A stretch of 64,000 nucleotides of DNA, from NCBI GenBank assembly GCA_038045705.1, contig JBBSXO010000005.1:1-64000 (forward strand), written 5' to 3'. This stretch comes from Nanobdellota archaeon (lineage in GTDB: Archaea; Nanobdellota; Nanobdellia; Pacearchaeales; GW2011-AR1). This document shows, piece after piece, positions 38,515-46,058 of this stretch. The stretch's first letter is position 1; each line of letters begins with the position of its first letter. Position numbers and translations under genes: made by a program. Under the pieces are notes generated by a model that saw only the letters and a list, made by a program, of their open reading frames with translations, was not told the DNA's origin and searched no databases.

Positions 38515-39447
38515 ATGAAGCACACAGTAAAAATTACATTAATTCTGATAAGTTTATTCTTTGTAGCACAATTAATAGGAATTTATGTAGCACACGCATA
38601 TTTGCCTGAAATAAAACAGGTTGTAAATGAAACAACAGGCGAAGTAACAAATGAAACTATTTACAATTTACCTTACGGGTTAGATCCACCAACAGACATT
38701 AAGCCTCAAGAATCAATTTTATCAATAATAATAGCATTATGCATCGCAGTCACTCTTATGTTATTCCTGATGAAGTTAAAAGCAGAAACTTTTCTAAGGG
38801 GATGGTTCACGATAGTAGTCATTTTGGGACTTTCAATAGCTCTTAATGCATTTTTAATGCCTATTCCCAAAGCTGCTTTGATTTCAGTTATAATTGCAAT
38901 TCCACTAGGGATATTAAAAATATTTCATAGGAATATGTTTGTACACAATGCAACAGAGCTTCTAATCTACCCAGGTATTGCGACCGTTTTTATACCAATT
39001 CTAAACATTTGGTCAGTAGCAGTTTTATTAGTAATAATCTCTGTATATGACATATATGCAGTATGGCATGCTGGTTTCATGCAAAAAATGGCTAAGTTCC
39101 AAATTCAAAAATTAAAACTGTTTTCAGGTTTCTTTGTTCCATATATGAGAAAAGAAGATAGGTTAGTTCTAAGCAAAGTAAAATCTATGAAAGAGAAAGA
39201 AAACAAATTGAAAAAGATAAGAGTAAATCTTGCAATTTTAGGCGGAGGCGACGTAGTATTCCCTATAATTCTAGCAGGAGTAGTATTGAGAACAATGGGC
39301 TTGTGGCAGGCATTCATAATAGCATTAGGGGCTACTTTAGCCTTAGCATATTTATTCTATAGGTCAGAAAAAGGCAAGTTTTATCCAGCAATGCCTTTCA
39401 TATCAATAGGTTGCTTTATCGCTTTAGCAATTGCTTATTTAATTTAA
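38515..39447 (+). CDS. Presenilin/SPP-family intramembrane aspartyl protease
   Basis: 'SVYDIYAV', 'LGGGD', 'PAMP'. Confidence 0.9.
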   Translation: MKHTVKITLILISLFFVAQLIGIYVAHAYLPEIKQVVNETTGEVTNETIYNLPYGLDPPTDIKPQESILSIIIALCIAVTLMLFLMKLKAETFLRGWFTIVVILGLSIALNAFLMPIPKAALISVIIAIPLGILKIFHRNMFVHNATELLIYPGIATVFIPILNIWSVAVLLVIISVYDIYAVWHAGFMQKMAKFQIQKLKLFSGFFVPYMRKEDRLVLSKVKSMKEKENKLKKIRVNLAILGGGDVVFPIILAGVVLRTMGLWQAFIIALGATLALAYLFYRSEKGKFYPAMPFISIGCFIALAIAYLI

Positions 39448-39511
39448 TATAAGTGTAATTTCAAAGTAAACCACAAATTAGATATATAAGTTAATTTTAG
39501 AGTTAAACACC

Positions 39512-39721
39512 ATGGATAAAAATAAAGCACTTGTTGTATTTCAAGATAAGAAAATAAGAAGAACATGGTTTAATGATAAATGGTGGTTTGTTATCGAGGA
39601 TATTGTTGCCATACTAACAGATTCTCAAGACCCCAAACAGTATATTAATAAAATGAGACAAAGAGATAAACCGCTTGAACAAGGGTGGGTACAGATTGTA
39701 CATACCCATCCAGTCACTTGA
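39512..39721 (+). pseudogene. Truncated Bro-N (phage antirepressor-like) gene
   Basis: 'FQDKKIRRTW...WWFVIEDIVAILTDS.DPKQY'; ends at 69 aa, mid-domain. Confidence 0.7.
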
Positions 39722-39868
39722 AAATCTACCTTTACATTTTGAAGTTTCATAATATCAGTTAAGCCTTATACTCAGTCCTGAAAAGAGGTATTTAAGTTTA
39801 TCTTAATATAACCCCTTTAAAGTTACAACATTAGAAACATTTAAATACCCTCAGTTTTTTGCTCCTTT

Positions 39869-40630
39869 ATGATACTAAAACAAGAAACAGTAAGCAAAGT
39901 AAAAGAACACTTTGATCTTAATATTTACGAAACCAAAGTTTGGCTGGCATTACTTTCTAAAGGCATAGTTACTGCTGGAGAAACAGCTGAAATTTCAGGA
40001 GTTCCTAGATCAAGAACTTATGATGTTCTAGAGTCTTTAACAAAGAGAGGATTTGCAATAGTAAAAATGGGAAAACCTGTAAGATATATAGCAGTAGAAC
40101 CAAAAACAGTTTTAGAAAGAATACAAACAAATACTCTAAATAAAGCCCAAGAAAAAGTAACTACTCTTTCAAACTTAAAAAGCACGCAAGAATATGATGA
40201 ATTAGTTCAATTACATAAGGAAGGAATATCTCCTGTAAAGATTGAAGAGTTGTCTGGACATATTAAAGGCAGATCAAACTTAATTTCAAAATTAAAAGAA
40301 ATGATTGGTTCAGCAGAAAAAGAAATAGTAATTCATACAACTGCAGAAGACTTTGAAGACAAATCAAGAATTCTTTTACCAATATTAGGCAAAATCAATA
40401 AAGAAGTAAAAATAAAAATATCATTATCTGGAGATTCATATAAAGTTAAGAGAATGGCATCAAGAAATGAACTTAAGATAAAAGAATCTGGTCAGATAGG
40501 TAAATATTTTATCATAGATAAGAAAGAAATGTTGTTAATGATTCATCCAGAAAACATGCAAGAAGAAGTAGGTGTTTGGATAAATTCACCTTATTTTGCT
40601 AATTCTTTGTCAGGCCTATTGGAGAAGTAA
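39869..40630 (+). CDS. TrmB family transcriptional regulator
   Basis: 'LNIYETKVW', 'ISGVPRSRTYDVLESL', 'GKPVRY'. Confidence 0.9.
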   Translation: MILKQETVSKVKEHFDLNIYETKVWLALLSKGIVTAGETAEISGVPRSRTYDVLESLTKRGFAIVKMGKPVRYIAVEPKTVLERIQTNTLNKAQEKVTTLSNLKSTQEYDELVQLHKEGISPVKIEELSGHIKGRSNLISKLKEMIGSAEKEIVIHTTAEDFEDKSRILLPILGKINKEVKIKISLSGDSYKVKRMASRNELKIKESGQIGKYFIIDKKEMLLMIHPENMQEEVGVWINSPYFANSLSGLLEK

Positions 40631-40631
40631 G

Positions 40632-40949
40632 ATGAGTTATATATCTCAATCGATAAAAGTAGGAAATTATACGGGTGTTGCTAAAAAGTGTTTTGAAGAT
40701 TTAGATAATTATGCTAACCTTATGTCACAGAAAAGACCTGGAACTACTATTTTATTTAGAACAGAAAATGCAATATTCATGCATCTTTTAGATTGTAGTG
40801 TCTTTTTTGAATATAAACCTAGTGAAAATAAAGGAAAAATAGATTTAACATTAAAAGTAGCTGGAAAAAATAGAAATGATACTTTTGAGGGGTTAGAAGA
40901 TAAAGTTTTAAAATTTAATCCAAGTAAAACAGAAACAAGAAACTTTTAA
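40632..40949 (+). CDS. Hypothetical protein
   Basis: 105 aa directly after the TrmB gene. Confidence 0.55.
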   Translation: MSYISQSIKVGNYTGVAKKCFEDLDNYANLMSQKRPGTTILFRTENAIFMHLLDCSVFFEYKPSENKGKIDLTLKVAGKNRNDTFEGLEDKVLKFNPSKTETRNF

Positions 40950-40960
40950 GAATTATTAAA

Positions 40961-41077
40961 ATGAACCATCCAACATTTAAAGTTTCAAAAGATAGAGAAA
41001 CAGTTGAAGTTGATGGTCTTACTTATGTTTTAAAACCTGTTATAGTAAATAAAGATGACTTATTAACCAAAAGATGA
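40961..41077 (+). CDS. 38-aa ORF resembling the N-terminus of the 53100 protein
   Basis: MNHPTFKVSKDRETVEVDGLTY versus MSRPTFR...PVEVNGVLY; ATGA overlap with the next ORF; not in the supplied ORF track. Confidence 0.55.
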   Translation: MNHPTFKVSKDRETVEVDGLTYVLKPVIVNKDDLLTKR

Positions 41078-41673
41078 CAAAACAAAACTTTGATACAACA
41101 TCAGAAGCAATTTCAAGGATGTGGACAGACTATTGTTTCAAACTAGCAAAAGAAAATGCTCCAGATTTTTCTAGAGAGTATGGACTTGATGTTTATTTAT
41201 TTTATGGACCGCAAGGTATTAGTCGTGCAGTTGCAGTAGGAGATATAGTAAAGACTTCTGAAGGCATTTATGTAAACCCCCCAAGAGATAAAGAAGGAAT
41301 AATCATTACAGATGAATATTCATTGAAAAAATTAAGGGATAAATCAATAATAAAGATTGTTCCAATGATGGGATCATTTTATTTGGGGGAGAATTGTTTT
41401 GGCTTTGCAGAATATTCCTCTTTTACAAGAGGTGGTCAGAGTGTAACAACATTTGTAAAAGAAGGTCTGGCTAGAGTTTTAGAAGGTAGAGATGATGATA
41501 TAAAACCATCTACACTTGGTAAACTAGCATATGAAGAACCGCACAACCGAAGAGTTACTATATGGGGATTTGAAAAGGTGTCAAGACCTTCAGCATCTCG
41601 CATCTATATTGACACTGCTAGGAGTTTTTCAGGATCCGCATTAAAGATATTTGAAGAGGCAATTAACAAATAA
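41074..41673 (+). CDS. Hypothetical protein, probable paralog of the DGR-target-like gene at 53100
   Basis: 'GIYVNPPRDKEGIIITDEYSLKKL' versus 'ILVQNRPQVTDGRIVMDEEDLTNRL'. Confidence 0.6.
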   Translation: MTKQNFDTTSEAISRMWTDYCFKLAKENAPDFSREYGLDVYLFYGPQGISRAVAVGDIVKTSEGIYVNPPRDKEGIIITDEYSLKKLRDKSIIKIVPMMGSFYLGENCFGFAEYSSFTRGGQSVTTFVKEGLARVLEGRDDDIKPSTLGKLAYEEPHNRRVTIWGFEKVSRPSASRIYIDTARSFSGSALKIFEEAINK

Positions 41674-41698
41674 TGTCTCAATGTCTTTTGAAAACCAC
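41671..41698 (-). repeat. Dispersed repeat A, copy 3 (inverted)
   Basis: Reverse complement GTGGTTTTCAAAAGACATTGAGACATTA. Confidence 0.8.
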
Positions 41699-41879
41699 TA
41701 AACAGAGAATATAGAATTTTACGCTAAAATCCCAAACATATATATTTTAGCCCACACTAAAATATCTCAAACACTAAAAATAGTGTAAAGTCGAAACATT
41801 TAAATACTCATTTACTCTAAAGTTACTAACTAGTACATTTTAGTGTAAATTAAAATATACTAAATAGTAAAAATAGAAT

Positions 41880-43136
41880 ATGTTTAAAAGAAAAATATAT
41901 CCAAGTTTATTGAATCAATCAAAAGACAAAAAAGTCTCAATCTTACTTGGGGCAAGGCAAGTAGGTAAAACCACAATCCTTAAAACACTTCATGAAGAAC
42001 TCTCAAAAACAAGCAAGTGTCTATATCTTGATCTAGACATTTTATCCAACTATGAAATGATAAGTACATTTGAATCACTTTTAAACACATTAAAAATTCA
42101 TGGATATGAAGAAAATAAAGAAGACTTCTTCTATCTCTTTCTTGATGAGTTTCAAAAATATTCTGCAGTAACAAAAATATTAAAAAATGTTTATGATAAT
42201 CTGCAAAATGTTAAAATATATGCTTCTGGCTCATCTTCTTTAGCAATAAAAAAAGAAGTTCAGGAATCACTTGCAGGAAGAAAGATAATTACAAAGATTT
42301 ACCCTTTAGACTTTGAGGAATTTTTAATATTTAAGCAAAAAGATGAAATCATTAAAAATTATGGCAATCTACATAAGCTGAATGGAGCTAACTTGGCTAT
42401 ATCATTAAAAGAATACGATTCATTACTAAAAGAATTTATGATATTCGGAGGCTATCCTGAAGTAGCTCTTAAACAAACAAAAGATGAGAAGATAAACGTC
42501 TTAGATAGTATATTTGATTTATATGTAAGGAAAGATCTCGTAGACTATCTTAAAATAGATAAAATTTTAGGTGCTAAAAAGCTAATAGAGTTTTTGGCAG
42601 TAAATAATGCTCAAAAAATAAAACATGATCGATTGTTAAACCTAGTACCTCATAGTCTTAAAGAAATAAAGAATATTTTAGAAATATTAGAAGAGACATT
42701 CATAATTAAAATTATTAAACCATTTTATACAAATAAAAATAAAGAAATAGTAAAAATCCCAAAAATTTACTTTATAGACAATGGGGTAAGGAATTATTTT
42801 ATAAAGAATTTTAATGAATCAAGCTTAAGAGAAGATTCAGGATTCTTATTTGAAGGATTTGTCCTATCTGAACTAATTAAACATAATTTTAAAGAAATAA
42901 AATTCTGGCAAGATAAGAACGATAACGAAGTTGATTTTATAATTGATGGTGAATTAATAATACCAATAGAAGTAAAGTTCAAAAGCGAATTAAATTCAAG
43001 TGACTTTAAAGGTATTAAGAAGTTTATTGAAGAATACCCAAAGACAAAGAACCCATTTTTAATAAACTTAAACGCTCAAAAGAAAGAAAGAAATATTAAT
43101 TTAATATTACCATATTCAATTAATAATATTATTTAA
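41880..43136 (+). CDS. AAA_14 ATPase with DUF4143 / PD-(D/E)xK-like C-terminus
   Basis: 'GARQVGKTT', 'LDEFQ', 'SLAGR', 'GGYPE', 'KIYFIDNG', 'EVDF...PIEVK'. Confidence 0.9.
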   Translation: MFKRKIYPSLLNQSKDKKVSILLGARQVGKTTILKTLHEELSKTSKCLYLDLDILSNYEMISTFESLLNTLKIHGYEENKEDFFYLFLDEFQKYSAVTKILKNVYDNLQNVKIYASGSSSLAIKKEVQESLAGRKIITKIYPLDFEEFLIFKQKDEIIKNYGNLHKLNGANLAISLKEYDSLLKEFMIFGGYPEVALKQTKDEKINVLDSIFDLYVRKDLVDYLKIDKILGAKKLIEFLAVNNAQKIKHDRLLNLVPHSLKEIKNILEILEETFIIKIIKPFYTNKNKEIVKIPKIYFIDNGVRNYFIKNFNESSLREDSGFLFEGFVLSELIKHNFKEIKFWQDKNDNEVDFIIDGELIIPIEVKFKSELNSSDFKGIKKFIEEYPKTKNPFLINLNAQKKERNINLILPYSINNII

Positions 43137-43200
43137 TTTCTGGGTTTAATACCCCGAGGCTTATATCGGTTCGGTAGGAGATTTCAGAAAGTTTCCTTAT

Positions 43201-44493
43201 TTAATCCTCAACTTTAAATTCAGTTATATGCATTTGTTTCATTAATACTCTAGACCCAGATTTCCAAGAATCTAAAAATTCCCTCAAATTGAATTTAATA
43301 TCAAGTCTTGCATGAATATGTTTGTTCTTTTCAAAAGTAACTGCGTGTTTATTTTTAAAACTCATTACAGCCTTTTTCATATGTAATGGTGGTCCTATCC
43401 GAACTATTTCTTTTTTCGGCTTAGCGATTAAATAACCATTTCCCGTGTTTCCTCCAGAGTATTTGAAATAAATATCTTTTAGGATAAAATTATTTTTAAC
43501 TTCTCTAATCACTAAATCAAAAAACTTTTTCAGTTTAGTTCCAGCAATATCTCCAGCTTGTTTATCTGTTCCAAGGTGAATAGAAACAAAATCTAATTTT
43601 TTTGATTCAGCTTTTTTTCTAACACTATCAATACTAATATCTTTATTCTCAAAAAACTTTAAAGAAGGGTTTCTTAGAAAATCCCTAGCACTATCTTGAA
43701 ATTTAGCAAAAGTATCATGAGAAAGTGCAGCAAGTGCATTTCTTTCCTTGTAAGTCGGGTCAATCAAGATTACAGGGCTATGAATTTTAGCTTCATTCAA
43801 TTGAATAAAAACTTCATTTATTTTTTTGTAGTGTTTAGCCAAATCAATAACTAATCTTTTTTCACTAGTCACTTTAATAAGTTCTTTAAGCATTTTAACA
43901 AAACTCTTATATTTTATTATCAATAATTCAACAGTATACCCAGAAAAACCTTTTACATAAGTCTCTGCACCATATACCTCTTGAGCTTTAAGAAATTTTT
44001 TAGCAACTCTAACTTGGTCTTCAAGTTTAGAAATTCTTTTTTTAACATAAGGTCCATGAAAATAAGTTAAGTCGGTTACATTTTTTTCTTCAGTTGGTTT
44101 TCTTATTTTCATAACTGGAATTATTTCAAAATATCCTGGCATGTCTCTTAAGCGAACAATAAAATAATCACGCGATCCGTGAACTCTTTCAATATTAGTA
44201 TCGGAATTTATATTTAAGTTTCTAAGGAATTTATCTAGCATATCTGAGATATTTTCATACTTAGCATCAAATCTAACAAAGATATCCACATCATAATTAT
44301 CTGCCTTTAGTAAAGTCCCTTTAGCAAAGCTTCCACCAACAAAAACATCAGCATTAACTTTGGCTTTAGATATTTCTTTTTCAAGTTTAGCAATAAAATC
44401 TTTGCTTCTTTTATTAAGTTCCTTAATTGCTTCAACATCTGGTTTTAGTTTTTTAATCTGTTCAGAAACAACTCTTTGTATTTGATTAGACAT
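43201..44493 (-). CDS. cca: Class I CCA-adding enzyme
   Basis: 'GGSFAKGT...DVDIF', 'YGAE..VKGFSGY', 'DPT..RNA', 'GPP'. Confidence 0.9.
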   Translation of the reverse strand: MSNQIQRVVSEQIKKLKPDVEAIKELNKRSKDFIAKLEKEISKAKVNADVFVGGSFAKGTLLKADNYDVDIFVRFDAKYENISDMLDKFLRNLNINSDTNIERVHGSRDYFIVRLRDMPGYFEIIPVMKIRKPTEEKNVTDLTYFHGPYVKKRISKLEDQVRVAKKFLKAQEVYGAETYVKGFSGYTVELLIIKYKSFVKMLKELIKVTSEKRLVIDLAKHYKKINEVFIQLNEAKIHSPVILIDPTYKERNALAALSHDTFAKFQDSARDFLRNPSLKFFENKDISIDSVRKKAESKKLDFVSIHLGTDKQAGDIAGTKLKKFFDLVIREVKNNFILKDIYFKYSGGNTGNGYLIAKPKKEIVRIGPPLHMKKAVMSFKNKHAVTFEKNKHIHARLDIKFNLREFLDSWKSGSRVLMKQMHITEFKVED

Positions 44494-44580
44494 ACATTAC
44501 AAGAGTTATAATTCCTTTAAAACCTTTACAGAGGATAGAAATTCATGGTTCTAGAAAAGCTCATATGGTCTTAGAATAAT

Positions 44581-44967
44581 TCATCTCTTTTTAATGGTAG
44601 AAGCTAAATCAATGACATATTTACCATCTTCTAATTTGTAAACTAAAGGCCTATCTTTACTAAACAAGTTAGGAATATCAAGCAAGTATTTTCCAGGACT
44701 AGTTACTTTAACAGTTTCTAAATCAAGAATTACAGGAGCATCTATCTCTTCTATCCCAGTTATTTCACGAATATCTTCTTCAATATTCTTCTTATCTTCT
44801 GGAGTTAATTCGGCTAGTGGGGCTGGTTCGGTCTTTCCTTTAATTTTCAGCAATTTCTCTTCGCTTAAGTAAAAGAAAAATCTGCTTCCGCATTTTGAAC
44901 ATCCTTCTAAAGTCTGTTTAGCACCATCATGATAAACTTCAGCACAATGAATACATTGATTTGGCAT
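44581..44967 (-). CDS. oapC: Zn-ribbon protein DUF2072 (OapC/ArvC)
   Basis: 'PNQCIHC', 'GCSKCGSRFFFY', 'PGKYLLD', 'DGKYVI'. Confidence 0.82.
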   Translation of the reverse strand: MPNQCIHCAEVYHDGAKQTLEGCSKCGSRFFFYLSEEKLLKIKGKTEPAPLAELTPEDKKNIEEDIREITGIEEIDAPVILDLETVKVTSPGKYLLDIPNLFSKDRPLVYKLEDGKYVIDLASTIKKR

Positions 44968-45001
44968 AAAATGTTCGAGATTTTTATATTAATAAATCTA
45001 G

Positions 45002-45400
45002 CTACCCAAAAAATACTTCTATCTTAGAAGGGTCTTTCTTTATTTCCTTAACAATCGATGCAGGACCAATAACTGTAAGGGAATTAGATTCTCCTGTTAA
45101 TCCACGAGCAATTCCTCTTCTCATCTTTAAAAAGAATCCAGATTCATCGCGGTTAGCATCAACAACCGCTAATTCAATTCCCTTAAAAGATTTAATGTGG
45201 TCTACCATTGCCATAGTATCTTCTATAAGCCTTATTTCTTCTTCAGGACGCAATCTACCCTGTAAAATCACCACTCTATTCCCCAGGATTAAATTGAGTA
45301 TCTTCTTCACTCTTTCAGTTATTGTAAGCTCTCTTATCTCTGAATATGGCATTATATGTATACTCAATCCTTTAAGCTTCGCGTTTTTTTTCACACTCAT
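45002..45400 (-). CDS. oapB: DUF2073 protein (OapB/ArvB)
   Basis: 'ILQGRLRPEEEIRLIEDTM', 'FKGIE', 'LTVIGPA'. Confidence 0.82.
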   Translation of the reverse strand: MSVKKNAKLKGLSIHIMPYSEIRELTITERVKKILNLILGNRVVILQGRLRPEEEIRLIEDTMAMVDHIKSFKGIELAVVDANRDESGFFLKMRRGIARGLTGESNSLTVIGPASIVKEIKKDPSKIEVFFG

Positions 45401-45428
45401 TTTAAATCCATGTTTATTTAAATCCGCT

Positions 45429-46058
45429 TCAAACTTTTTTAGTTAGTTTGAAGAGTGCATCATAAAATTCATTCATATTCATAGCCTTTTTAGCAGATAT
45501 TCCAACAACAGGGTATTCTGGAAAAGCTGCTTCTATTTTTTTAATATTAGCTTTTCTCAAGTCTATCTTATTGGCAACAACCAATACAGGTATTTTTCTT
45601 GCTAGTAAATTGCCAATAATTGTTAAATTAACTTGAGAGTATGGATTTTCAGACGAATCAAGAACAATAACGACAGCATCCATATCATCTAACCATTTTA
45701 TTGCCTCAATAATCCCTTGAGTTGCTTCTTTAGCTCTTCTTTTAGCTTCTTGTTTTGCAATTCCAAAACTTAAAAAGTCTTCATAATCAATTTTAGTTGC
45801 TATTCCAGGGGTATCAACAATTTTCAACACCATTTTTTTACCCTTATGTTCTATTTCTACTTTCTCTTTAAATTGAACTTGTCTTGTTTCATGAGGCACT
45901 TCACTAACGCTTCCAAGCTCTTCTCCAGTCCAATCCATGCACAATAAATTTGCTAAACTAGTCTTACCAGCATTAGGAGGCCCATAGAACCCTATTTTCA
46001 GATTATCTCTTTTCTTAAATACTCCAAATATTTTTGATAATAGTTTTAACATGTTCAT
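45429..46058 (-). CDS. oapA: Small Era-like GTPase (OapA/ArvA)
   Basis: 'GPPNAGKTSLAN', 'PHETR', 'DTPG', 'RRAKEATQG', 'NKID', 'ISA'. Confidence 0.88.
   Translation of the reverse strand: MNMLKLLSKIFGVFKKRDNLKIGFYGPPNAGKTSLANLLCMDWTGEELGSVSEVPHETRQVQFKEKVEIEHKGKKMVLKIVDTPGIATKIDYEDFLSFGIAKQEAKRRAKEATQGIIEAIKWLDDMDAVVIVLDSSENPYSQVNLTIIGNLLARKIPVLVVANKIDLRKANIKKIEAAFPEYPVVGISAKKAMNMNEFYDALFKLTKKV

Noticed and set aside
44494-46058. Replication origin near the oap genes
   Set aside because: No cdc6/orc1, ORB boxes or long AT-rich gap
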